NCBI RefSeq assembly: GCF_006345805.1
Contig: NW_021836484.1
Location: 1 to 23,923 of the forward strand
DNA: 23,923 bases
Source: Octopus sinensis
Lineage: Eukaryota
Reading direction: 5' to 3'
In this document: positions 8,709-19,671 of the stretch, piece by piece
How the letters are laid out: every line of letters starts with the position of its first letter
Numbering within the stretch: position 1 is the stretch's first letter
Program-made: the position numbers and the translations under genes
The notes under the pieces: generated by a model
Seen by the model: the letters and a program-made list of their open reading frames with translations, nothing else
What the model was told of the DNA's origin: nothing
The model's database searches: none

Positions 8709-8944
8709 GGTAGGCGAGCTGGCAGAAACGTTAGCACGCCGGGCGAAATGCTTATCGATATTCCGTTTAACGCTACGTTCTGAGTTCAAATTCCGCCGAG
8801 GTCGACTTTACCTTTCATCCTTTCGGGGTTGATTAAATTAAGTACCAGTTACGCACTGGGGTCGATGTAATCGACTTAATCCCTTTATCTGTCCTTATTT
8901 GTCCCTTCTATGTTTAGCCCCTTGTGGGCAATAAAGAAATAAGA
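8709..8944 (+). mobile_element. tRNA-derived SINE family 1, full-length
   Basis: GGCGAGCTGGCAGAAACGTTAGC head, GAGTTCAAATTCC B-box, central GTCGACTTTACCTTTCATCCTTTCGGGG and AATAAAGAAATAAGA tail. Confidence 0.88.
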
Positions 8945-9017
8945 TATATGCCCTCGTACATTCACATACCCCCCTCCCTCCCAGACACATATACACACGC
9001 ACGCACGCACATACACA

Positions 9018-9177
9018 TGACAGGCTTCTTTCAGTTTCCGTCTAACAAATCCACTTACGAGGCTATGGTCGGCCCGAGACTATAGTAGGAGACACTTGCC
9101 CAAGTTTCCTGCAGAGGGACTGAACTCAGAACCATGTTTGTTGGGAAACAGCTTCTTACACAGCCAAGCCTGCACCT
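9018..9177 (-). mobile_element. tRNA-derived SINE family 2 (CORE-like), head and core only
   Basis: Homologous to the heads of 14821-15214 and 23393-23832 (CTTCTTTCAGTTTCCGTCTA.CAAATCCAC...GACACTTGCCCAAG). Confidence 0.75.
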
Positions 9178-9189
9178 CTCCTCACCTCT

Positions 9190-9301
9190 TTTTATATACA
9201 TATATAATATATATAATATTATAGGTGTTGTGTGTATTATGTAATATATATATATAATATTATATTATATGATATTATATTATATATATATAATATTATA
9301 T

Positions 9302-9354
<53 letters not shown>

Positions 9355-9410
9355 ATATTATATATAATATAATATTATATTATATATAATATTATATTAT
9401 ATTATATAAA
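9190..9410. repeat. AT-only microsatellite/low-complexity tract
   Basis: (TA)n and (TATAT)n units, directly upstream of the RTE element. Confidence 0.95.
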
Positions 9411-12400
9411 AACCGGAGGGGACACTTCAGTGCTGCTGTAAAAAGCTGCAGAAACAACACGGGAGGTAACAGTCACGAGTGATAAGTCCATTCAGATTGG
9501 CGTAAAATATGGGCGCTACGGGTTACCTCTGACGGTGGGAGGGATCTCCGTGTCCTATTGGTTAGCTACTGCCCACCTCAAGCTGGGCAGCCCCCAGTTA
9601 ATAAGGTGCTGACCCGCCACAGGCCGCCTGCTCCATTGGGTGCTTGGAGCTAAGAGTATAACTCGAAAAGCGGCCTGCAACCTCTGCACCAGGCAAACAA
9701 CTAAAAGTCAAGAAAACACCAGTTCTTCGGTTGGCAAGCTGGAATGTCAGGACCATGTGTCAGGATTGAAGACACAAGGAAAACGGCCATCATTGACCGT
9801 GAACTAAAGAGGCTCAACATAGATATTGCTGGGCTGCTGGAGACAGGACTTCCCTTTGTAGTGAGAAACTCACTACTCTCCTCAATAGAACCACCATCAG
9901 GAGGCACTGAGCGTATCCTCTCACTGCGCCTCTCGACTTCTTCTGGCTCAGTACATCTACTCAGCATCTATGCTCCCACTCTCTACAGCTCAGAGGAGAC
10001 CAAGGACCAGTTCTACAAAGACCTCAACTGTGTCATAGAAAATATACCAACGACTGAAAATATCTACCTTCTAGAGGATTTTAACGTTCGCGTGGGATCT
10101 GACCATGATTCGTGGCCCATTTGTGTTGGACACTTTGGTATTGGCAACATGAATGACAATGGTCAGAGACTACTCGAATTCTGCACATACCACAACCTGT
10201 GCATCTCAAACACATTCTTTACCAACAAGGCATCCTGGAGACATCCAAGATCTCACCACTGGCATCAGCTGGATCTCATCATTACACGGAGATCCTTTCT
10301 GAATTCTACTCTATTGACCCGCAGTTACCACAGCGCGGATTGTGACACAGACCACTCACTAATTAGAAGTAGGGTGAGGATTCTGCCTAAAAATGTCCAT
10401 CGCTCCAAGAAAGTGGGCCGACCACGCATCAACACCGCCAGAACCTCGGACCCTACACTGCGAAAATGTTTTGCTGCTTCTATCAAGGTTGCCCTCAGTA
10501 GCTGCCCAGCCTCCTCTGCTGAAAGTAGGTGAGACTATATCAGGGAAGCCTTGTATACGACATCAATAGATACTTTCGGCATGAAAGAAAGGCAAAACCC
10601 AGATTGGTTCAATGCTGGGCTCTCAGAGCTGGAGCCAGTTATCGAAGCAAAGCGTGCAGCTCTAATGCAATACAAGAGTGACTCTTCTACAAAGTCACTC
10701 GAAGAACTCAGAAAGGCACGAAATAAAACCCAACTGACAGCTAGACGCTGTGCAAATAAGTATTGGCAGGAAATCTGTCAGAGTATCCAGTCAGCTGCTG
10801 ACAGGGGCGACAAACCCGTGGGATGTATGCCGGTTTGAAGAAGGCCCTCGGTCCATCCGCAACAAGTCAGCCCCTCTGAAATCAACTACTGAGGATCTCA
10901 TCAGGGACCAAGGCAAGCAAATGGATAGATGGGTGGAGCACTACAGATCTCTACTCACGGGAGACTACAGTGGCTGAGGCTGCAGTCGAGAGTGTCAAGA
11001 TCTTGCTAGTCATGTGCGAACTTGACAGTCCGCCATCTATAGCAGAGCTCACCAAGGCTGTTGACTCCCTAGCAAGAAATAAGGCTCCGGAAAAGACGGC
11101 ATCCCCTCAGAGATCATCAAAGCCGGCAAAAACACCATCCTGCTTCGGCACCTTCATGAGCTTCTGTGTTAGTGCTGGGAAGAGGGTACAGTCCCTCAGG
11201 ATATGCGAGATGCTAACATCATTACGCTTTACAAAAACAAAGGTGACCGTGGTGATTGTAACAATTACCGTAGTATATCTCTTCTAAGCACTGTTGGAAA
11301 GACCTTTGCCCGCGTTATCCTGGCCAGGCTACAACTACTTGCTTCTCGAATCTATCCGGAATCGCAGTGTGGCTTTAGAAGAAGCAGATCAACTATCGAT
11401 ATGATATTCTCCATACGCCAACTTCAGGAGAAGTCCAGAGAGCAGAAAATGCCATTATATATGGCCTTCATTGATCTAACAAAGGCTTTTGACTCGGTAA
11501 GCAAATAGGCCTCTTCATCCTGCTCCAAAAAATCGGATGTCCACCAAAGCTGCTGAGGATTATCAAGTCTTTCCATGATGACATGCAGGCACAATACAGC
11601 ACAACGGTTCAACATCAGCCGCCTTCCAAATAAAAACGGGGCAAAGCAAGGTTGTGTCCTCGCTCCTACTTGTTTGGCATCTTCTTCTCGCTCTTACTTT
11701 CACATGCCTTTCAGACATCAGATGATGGAGTGTTTTGCACAGTAGAAGTGACGGGAAACTGTTCAATCTCTCGCGCCTGCGTGCCAAGCCCAAAATCAGA
11801 AACGTCCTGATCAAGGAGATGTTATTTGCTGATGATGCCGCTCTGGTAACACACACAGAAGAAGCCCTCCAAAGGCTCATTAACTGTTTTGAGCAAGCAT
11901 GTAACGACTTTGACTTAGCTATCAGCCTTAAGAAGACCAACATCATGGGCCAGGCTACATCGGACATCTCAAACATACATATTGGAGACCACAGATTACA
12001 AGAGGTGGAGAAGTTTACCTATCTGGGCTCTACCGTCACCTACAATCTATCCCTTGACGCTGAGCTCAATATACGCATTGGCAAGGCAGCTGCTGCGATG
12101 GCCCAACTCTCCAAACGGGCTTGGAACAACAATAAGCTGACCAAGACCACGAAAATGAAGATCTACCAGGCATGTGTACTCAGCACTCTACTGTATGGAA
12201 GCGAGACCTGGACGCTATACACACGCCAAGAGCGTCGCCTAAACATCTTTCACCTGCGCTGCCTCCGAAAAATCCTCCGCATCAAATGGCAGAATCATAT
12301 CCCAACAAAGATGTCCTCAGGCAAGCAGGAATACCAAGCATGTTTTGCACTCCTCACACAAAGACGTTTGAGATGGCTTGGGCATGTTAGCCGTATGAAA

Positions 12401-12838
12401 GATAGCAGAATCCCCAAGGACATACTCTACGGAGAGCTTGCTAGGGGTACTAGGTCTGTGGGTAGACCGATCTTACGTTACAAGGATGTTTGCAAAAGGG
12501 ACATGAAGGCCTGCAACATCAATATTAGCGGTTGGGAGGCAGTTGCCGGCAACCGTGGAGAATGGCGACGTACCGTAAAAGAGGGAATACAAAGGAGTGA
12601 CACAGAGAGAGAGGAGAAATGGAAAGAAAAGAAGAGACGTCAACAAGAAACTATGGCATTACAACCAGCCAGGAACAGTCTTCGCTACATTTGCGGTACC
12701 TGCCAGAGGGAGTGTTTGTCCAGGATAGGACTACACAGCCACAGCAGGAAATGTATCAGGACATGAAATGTAAAAGCCGGACTAGACTACTTTATGCGCA
12801 ACTCCATTGTCTCCCGAGACAGAAAGGATGCCAACAAC
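9411..12838 (+). mobile_element. RTE-clade LINE, near full-length, disrupted
   Basis: A ~300-bp 5' UTR, one EN-RT ORF (see next feature) and a 3' tail CCATTGTCTCCCGAGACAGAAAGGATGCCAACAAC followed by (TA)n. The 5' boundary is inferred from the end of the AT tract. Confidence 0.92.
9719..12766 (+). pseudogene. RTE ORF: AP endonuclease, reverse transcriptase and C-terminal Cys/His motif
   Basis: EN: LRLASWNVRTM, IYAPTL, DFNVRVG, LDLIITRR, DCDTDH. RT: LYKNKGDRGDCNNYRSISLL, QCGFRRSRSTIDMIF, FIDLTKAFDSV, LFADDAAL, FTYLGS. C-terminus: CGTCQRECLSRIGLHSHSRKC. Broken by stops (e.g. 10530-10532, 11506-11508), frameshifts and an apparent deletion near 9850. Confidence 0.93.
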
Positions 12839-14731
12839 TATATATATATATATATTAGAAAAAATGAGGTAATCAGATCGGATGGTTCATATTTATAGAT
12901 ATTTATTTATATATTACATTTTTTACATATATATCATATCATTCAGATCATATCATTCGGATTAGCGCTTTCTCCCAATCCAGTGGGGTTTTCAATAATT
13001 ATTACCTGTAAGGTTTTTATTCCCATGCTGGCCACTTGATATGATCGGTATTTTAAATAACGATCTTATCCTTATATATACACATATATTAGGGTGACCC
13101 CCCCCCCACAAAAAAAAAGAAAACAAAAAAGAAAAAAAAAAGAAAAAAAAAGACACTTCATCAACTTGCGAGGCTTGACTTGTAGAGACTACCCGAAATT
13201 TGAAGAAAATTCCATATTGATATTGATATTTAGTATCGCCACTCAGCGATTCAGTATTTCGTTTTCAGCATGAAATAAAACTTAACGTAATACATAGCTT
13301 GTAATTGAGATATAGTAAAAGTATTCTATTTATCAATATATGAAATAGTTAACGCACACACACACACACACATTCCATATGTCGGCCAAATGAGTTCCTC
13401 CTCTCCCTGCTTGTGTGAGGCTGCGCTTCACTCCACGCCGTAGGTCGTATTCTCTAATCAGTTTTGTTATGGCTTTTGTCGTCTGTAGATGCGTCAGCGC
13501 TCCACTCCCGTAGTATTTTAATTAAATTTATCTATCTTAATGAAAAGAAGTGGAAAACAGATCTGAGTTATTGTATTGTAGCAATATCGTTCTCTCATTG
13601 CTATCTTCACTGTTTGAGAAGAGTATTAAGAATACTCTCGTTCGAGATTACAAACATCTTCGGCTAGTTCAACATTGTTGTAAACACTAATTCGATTGGC
13701 TGACACGTGGTCTCTACTACGTTCGCACCGCTGGTTATCACGTGACGCGATTTGCCTCCGCTTATTTTCGCGCCATAGTTCCAAGCAGCCAATCACAGCT
13801 TTCCATTTCTGAAGTTCATTGGGAGCCACATAAACCTTATAAAACAAGGGTTTCTCAGACAAGTATTCGTCTTAGGTTTCAAGTCCTTCTCAGGGCGAAC
13901 CTCTGACCACACAGAGCATACTCGACCATGTTCCAGTTTCGAAAGGCAGTCGACCACCATTAATACAAGATGTTACAGATACCTCTCATACTGTTAGTGT
14001 GAAAATATCACCATGAAAAGAACGGTTACAGGATATCTATAACTAGAGAAAAATAACCAAGCAGAATATATAATGAAGACGCAGCAAAAACCAAGCGACA
14101 GACACAACTCATCGCCAAACATCGAAGATTTAATTTGTACACAAGACAACTACAGATTCAGCTATAGCGGTTAGGTGAAAATCTCACCACGGAAAAAAAC
14201 GGCTACAGTTAACACATCTGGAAGTATATTCATATCAAGAGAAAGATAAACACAATGAGTGATTCAATTAATCTCAACTACGAGACGCAATATCTTGATA
14301 TGGAACTCTTACACTGTACCTCATAAACGGTAAATCAATTATCTGTTCTTGGGTTCTAGTTCTTCTAAGAACCACCTTAAGCCATCTGTTACTACCTGTT
14401 GCCAGGCTGATACCAACAACATGAACTGTGTACCAAATTCCATCGTCATTTCACTGGTCAGTACCTTTTACGCCTCACGAACACACAGACACAAAACATG
14501 CTAACACTTACAAACTTCCAACATCAAGCATGATGTAAATATGTAAAATAATAATGTATATATCTCAAAAAGAAATATTGTTGTCATTCCATTTATGTGT
14601 GTTGCCGCTGCATGTAAAACTGGTCAGTAAAGAATTATTAAGAATAGGATCGCGTGCGACTGTGTCTCTTATACGATACGACCGTATGTGATACTATTTT
14701 TATAGTATATATGATTGAAAATATTATTAGT

Positions 14732-15700
14732 AAAAAAAAACTCCCATCGATTGGAGATGTATTACGATGCTTTTTCTATCTCACACGTGATAAGAAAACG
14801 GCGAAAGAAACATTAGATACTACTCTTTTACTCTTACTTGTTTCAGTCAATTGACTGTGGCCATGCTGGAGCACCGCCGTTGGTCGAGGAAATCGACTCC
14901 AGGACTTATTCTTTGTAAGTCTAGTACTTATTCTACCGGTCTATTTTGCCGAACCGCTAAGTTACGGGTACGTAAGCACACCAGCATCAGCTGTCAAGCG
15001 ATGTTGTGGGGGAACAAACAAACACACACACACACACACACATACACATACAACGGGTTTTTTTCAGTTTCCGTCTACCAAATCCACTAACAAGGGTTTG
15101 GTCGGCCTGAGGCTATAGTGGAAGGCACTTGCCCAAGGTACCACGCAGTGGGACTGAACCCGGAACCATGTGGTTGGTAAGCAAGCTACTTACCACACAG
15201 CCACTCCTGCGCCTATATTGTGTATTCAGAAATTAATGAGATCTGGGGCAACCAGGGACAAACTACACGTACTTACCAAGATTCGAAAAACAATATAGAT
15301 CACTCTAAAATAACAAAATCAAAGAGAGATCAAAATCAAATTGCAAATTTAAGGATCGCAAGGATGACTTATTTGAAATTGTTCACGCTGATGCAATGAA
15401 AAGGGTGTCAGACGAAGAAGATCGTTTATTTCTAAATGGTCAGAGAGAGAGAAAGGAAGGCGAGTGTTATTGAGAGGAATTATGTTGCAAAGTAACAGAG
15501 GAAACACAAACGGCTAAAATAGGAAACGCAAACGGGTAGAAGAAGAAAAGAGACATAGCCGTCCTCACGCACTGCTCATGAGGAATTCCGGAAGGAGCTT
15601 TGTGAGACCACTGCTGAGACGCTTCCGAAAAAAATGAAAATTTCAGTAACCGTTGGAAAACCGATTATAGCAGCGACTCGATAAATTCCTAGCGATATCT
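14732..15700 (+). pseudogene. Degenerate DNA-transposon protein remnant (hAT/hATm-like N-terminal half), interrupted by a SINE
   Basis: KKLPSIGDVLRCFFYLTRDKKTAKETLD before the SINE. After it: IVYSEINEIW, and in a shifted frame KDDLFEIVHADAMKRVSDEEDRLFLNGQRE (from 15360). These resemble KLPS..VL..FFY / LF.IAHADA....EED..FL..QR motifs I associate with hATm-type transposases; the family assignment is from memory. Confidence 0.5.
14821..15214 (-). mobile_element. tRNA-derived SINE family 2 (octopus OR/OK-like, CORE-like), full-length
   Basis: Sense head AGGCGCAGGAGTGGCTGTGTGGTAAG...GGGTTCAGTCCC (A/B boxes), CORE-like GGTACCTTGGGCAAGTG, an internal (TG)n, and a LINE-like tail GGTGCTCCAGCATGGCC...GAAACAAGTAAGAGTAAAAGAGTA. 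Homologous to 23393-23832. Confidence 0.88.
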
Positions 15701-15819
15701 GAAGAAGGAATTTTTATATTCTGAAATATTATTATATCAGACTATGAATAATTAAATCATAACAGTTATTATAGTCCACTTTGCATTGTTGGGTCATTCA
15801 AGACACGTTATATTTCTCT

Positions 15820-15834
15820 CTCACACACACACAC

Positions 15835-15909
<75 letters not shown>

Positions 15910-16078
15910 ACACATACACAGACACTCACACATACACACTCACACACACACACACTTACACACATTCACACACACACTCACTCACACTCACACACACACA
16001 CACACTCACTCACACGCACACACAACACTCTCACACGCACACACACACTCTCACAACGCACACACACACACACACGGA
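15820..16078. repeat. (CA)n / (CACT)n compound microsatellite
   Basis: Direct reading. It explains the His/Thr ORFs 15781..16113 and 15786..16085. Confidence 0.97.
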
Positions 16079-16384
16079 CATATAAAGTCATCAATGACAG
16101 AGAAGTGGTTTGATGAAATCTTATTTAACATTAAGAAAATTCTAATATTACGGCAAATCGTTTCGTGATTCAAAAATATGCAGATAACTTATACTATATT
16201 TAATGATAGATAAATTACTTAGATACCTGCATTAATGCAAAATGCAAAAAATCCTTCAAAGTAATGCAGAATTTAAGCTACGCCCTTAGGTGAAAGATGT
16301 AACGTTATAGGAACGCCAAGTCAACACTTTAAAAGATTATGGAAGACAATAATAATAAAATTGATATAAATTAATAGGATTTTC

Positions 16385-17239
16385 GGATCTTTTCCTTTTG
16401 AACGGCATATGTCAACACAATTTCTAGTTAACTAAACACTTTTAAACTTCGTATACTGGTAGAATGTGTTTATAAAACATCATTTTTTCTTGGCTTTATT
16501 GAGAAAATTCTATAGTTTGTAACATATTTCCACTTTAAAATCGAGCATTTCGGCAATTTTAACCAATCAAATACGTCCATTTGGAGTCAAAACATACCGT
16601 GCTGTATGAATATGTCACTTGTTTAAGAAACAGATTGGGTTTATTTACATTTGCGAAGAAAAAAATATACCCTTCCCCCACCCCTGACCCTACCCCTAAC
16701 CCTAACTCTAACCCTAACGCTAACTAACCCTAACCCTAAAATAGATTGAAATGCAAAGATCGATACTAGGGTTATAATTATGGGTGACAATTTCATACGA
16801 CACCGCCACAGAAAATGAGATTTTTTCCTAGCGGTGTCAAATGAAAATGTCACCCATAATTATAACCCTAGTATCGATCTTTGCATTTCAATCTATTTTA
16901 GGGTTTGGTTTAGTTAGAGTTAACGTTAGGGTTAGGGTTAGGGGCGGGGGAAGGGTATCTTTTTTTCTTCGCAAATGTAAATAAACCCAATCTGTTTCTT
17001 AAACGAGGACATATTCATACTGCACGGTATGTTTTGACTCCAAATGGACGTATTTGATTGGTTAAAATTGCCGAAATGCTCGATTTTAAAGTGGAAACAT
17101 GTTACAAACTATAGAATTTTCTCAATAAAGCCAAGAAAAAATGATGTTTTATAAACACATTCTACCAGTATACGAAGTTTAAAAGTGTTTAGTTAACTAG
17201 AAATTGTGTTGAAAATTGCCGTTCAAAAGGAAAAGATCC
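16385..17239. mobile_element. Foldback non-autonomous DNA transposon (855 bp; Merlin-like by GG termini and 8-bp TSD)
   Basis: Arms 16385-16806 and 16831-17239 are near-perfect inverted repeats starting GGATCTTTTCCTTTTGAACGGCA, with a 24-bp spacer. Flanks are GGATTTTC (16377-16384) and AGATTTTC (17240-17247), a 7/8 match. The foldback structure is certain; the superfamily is inferred. Confidence 0.85.
16681..16955. repeat. Inverted telomere-like tracts inside the foldback element
   Basis: Degenerate (CCCTAA)n at 16681-16740 and (TTAGGG)n at about 16898-16955. Confidence 0.9.
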
Positions 17240-17527
17240 AGATTTTCTAATAAATGGAAAGGAATTTTAGTAATATAATTAAAAATATATAAGTAACATA
17301 ATTAAACAATATTTTCATAATTTAGATTTCAAAAACGTAAGTTAAGTTGTACAGTAAGTATTTATAATTTAGTTTTCTCTTTAAACAGACGATATTTAAT
17401 CTTTTTAAAAATTATTTTCAAATGAATACCATTACAAAAATGTTTTGGGGTATATTTAAAAATTATTTTAAAGTGAAAATGACTTTAAAAATATAATAAT
17501 ATTGCGTAAAAGACCCATCTCTAACCT

Positions 17528-17985
17528 TAGTGTGAAATAATTTTTTTCCATAGTTTTTTCAAGTACATTGAGTGTTTCTCACCTCCAAAAGACTTGGCTG
17601 CTATTTCTAGCACACCCTACTACCACGTAACAGCTATTTGCGATGAAGGACCCGAATAGTTGTTTTGTTTGTAGCAGGGCGTGCACGAAATAGCAACGAA
17701 ATCTGTCTTTTTCTGGGGAAGGGAGCCATTTACACGTGATTTCGATGTCATATTCATTGAAAGCATGCGAAATAACCTGGAAAAGAGAAAAAAACCCACG
17801 AAACGTTGGTGAGAAACTCAGAGTTTTTCGGGAAACTCCGAAGTCCCCACAACCCTACCCCCTACTTTCCGAAAGAAAATAGCTTGCGGTGGGTTTGGAG
17901 GTGAGATATATTGAATGCACTCGAAAATACCCGTGGAAAAAATTATTTCACACTGAAGTACGAACGACTCCTTTACGAAATATTT
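17528..17985. mobile_element. Two oppositely oriented pieces of the same repeat family as 6174-6510
   Basis: 17528-17660 (+, internally deleted) shares GTGTGAAATAATTTTTT...CACCTCCAAA and TGGCTGCTATTTCTAGCA...TACCACGTAACAG with 6190-6490. 17700-17985 is a minus-strand copy ending GAAATATTTACC. Confidence 0.55.
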
Positions 17986-18046
17986 ACCCAACATCGGGAC
18001 AGGCATACGAATAGAAGGGTTGATGAGACTGATAAAGCAAGGGCTA

Positions 18047-18170
18047 AGCGTCTGGGGGAACAGAGGGAAAGAGACAGAAGCAGGAGAGATCACGAATCGG
18101 ACACTTGAAGAACTGAGCGCCTGGCGGAAACAGAGGGAAAGAGACAAAAGCAGGAGATGTCATGAATCGG
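18047..18170. repeat. Diverged tandem duplication, 70-bp period
   Basis: CAGAGGGAAAGAGACA.AAGCAGGAGA..TCA.GAATCGG starts at both 18061 and 18131. Confidence 0.8.
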
Positions 18171-18527
18171 ATGTTCAGGTGAATATAAACGGAATAAAAC
18201 AAGTTTTGCGTAAACCGATCAACGGGTTACCAAGATACGCGTTTTTTTTCTCCGGGCACATTTATAAATATCCAAACCAGCGTATTATGGGGAAAATGCT
18301 TTGAAATGTGAATACATACAGAATAACAGAACTTTCGCATAAATAGGACCACAGATTCCCGAGATGCGCGGTTTTTTCGGGTACCTTGACCTATTGGTGA
18401 TCCAGCAGGTCACGGGTAGTCTAGTTTATTATTAAAAATTTTGAAAATAAAAGATCGGAAGCATATATAAAGATATAATAATAATAATCCTTTCTAATAA
18501 AGGCACCATACCTGAAATTTGGGGATG

Positions 18528-18697
18528 GGGGTCAATTACATCGATCCCAGTTTTTCACTAATACTTAATTTATCGACCCTGAAAGGATGAAAGGTGAAGT
18601 CAACCTCGGTGGAATTTGAACTGAAAACGTGAACACAGACGAAATACTGTTAAGCATATCGCCCGGCGTGCTAACGATTTTGCCAGCTGTCCATCTT
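18528..18697 (-). mobile_element. tRNA-derived SINE family 1, diverged copy
   Basis: TTTATCGACCCTGAAAGGATGAAAGG...GGAATTTGAACT...GGCGTGCTAACGATTTTGCCAGCT aligns with 4691-4922. Confidence 0.8.
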
Positions 18698-18710
18698 AAT
18701 AATAATAATG

Positions 18711-18744
<34 letters not shown>

Positions 18745-18760
18745 TAACAATAATAATAAT

Positions 18761-19070
18761 ACTCTCAAAATACAAAGACCTGGAAATAGAGGTAACTAGA
18801 ATGTGGAATCTGAAAACAGAAACAATTCCTATCATAGTAGGTGCATTAAGCATGATAAAAAAATATTCAGACAATACATAACAAAAACACCAGGACTTAC
18901 AAACACATATAACATACAGAAAATTGCACTACTAGGCACTGCACACATCCTACGCAGAACACTTTCCATACAATAACCATCAGAGCATCACAACAAATCA
19001 CAGCACATACCCAAGGCACACAGAGCTGCGCTCGGTAGTGAAGTGAAAGCACGCAAAAAAAATAAAACTA

Positions 19071-19073
<3 letters not shown>
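18761..19073 (+). mobile_element. R4/Dong-like non-LTR retrotransposon, 3' end (REL-endonuclease C-terminus plus 3' UTR)
   Basis: LSKYKDLEIEVTRMWNLKTETIPIIVGAL, then after a frameshift IQKIALLGTAHILRRTLSIQ* (stop 18974-18976), then a ~100-bp 3' UTR. Embedded in (AAT)n on both sides (18697-18760 and 19074 onward). Confidence 0.75.
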
Positions 19074-19164
<91 letters not shown>

Positions 19165-19360
19165 TGAATAATATAATAATAATAATAATATTAGTAATAG
19201 TAATAGTAATAATAATGGTAATAGTTATAGTAATAATAATAATAAGAATAATAAATAATAATAATAATAATAATAATATTGGTAATAGTAATAATAATGG
19301 TAATAGTAATATAATATAATTTAATAATAATAATAATAATATAATAATAATGATGATGAT

Positions 19361-19397
<37 letters not shown>

Positions 19398-19450
19398 GGA
19401 TGATAATAATAATAATAATAATAATGCAATAACAACAACAACAACAACAC

Positions 19451-19487
<37 letters not shown>

Positions 19488-19541
19488 GACGATGATGATG
19501 ATGATGATGATAATAATAATAATAATAATAATAATGCTAAT

Positions 19542-19634
<93 letters not shown>

Positions 19635-19670
19635 CGATGATGATGATGATGATGATGATAATTATAATAA
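19074..19670. repeat. Compound trinucleotide array (AAT)n/(AGT)n/(GAT)n/(AAC)n, ~600 bp
   Basis: Direct reading. It explains the poly-L/I/H/T/D ORFs 18998..19936 and 19492..19761. Confidence 0.97.
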
Positions 19671-19671
19671 T

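Noticed and set aside
13089-13100. TTAGGGTGACCC as left TIR of the hAT-like remnant
   Set aside because: No convincing inverted partner or TSD downstream; CGCCCTTA at about 16281 is too weak.
13993-14210. Diverged ~40-bp direct repeat (GTTAG.GTGAAAAT.TCACCA.G.AAA.AACGG.TACAG) about 177 bp apart
   Set aside because: Two copies only, with no boundaries or associated feature; not interpretable without a search.
14341-14480. Minus-strand peptide TSEMTMEFGTQ... resembling the R4-type MEFG motif
   Set aside because: Only four residues match clearly, and the following KC and YKYLG motifs are absent.
16681-16955. Telomere-telomere fusion scar or true chromosome end
   Set aside because: The polarity is opposite to a fusion, the tracts are short and degenerate, and they sit inside TIR arms with a TSD.
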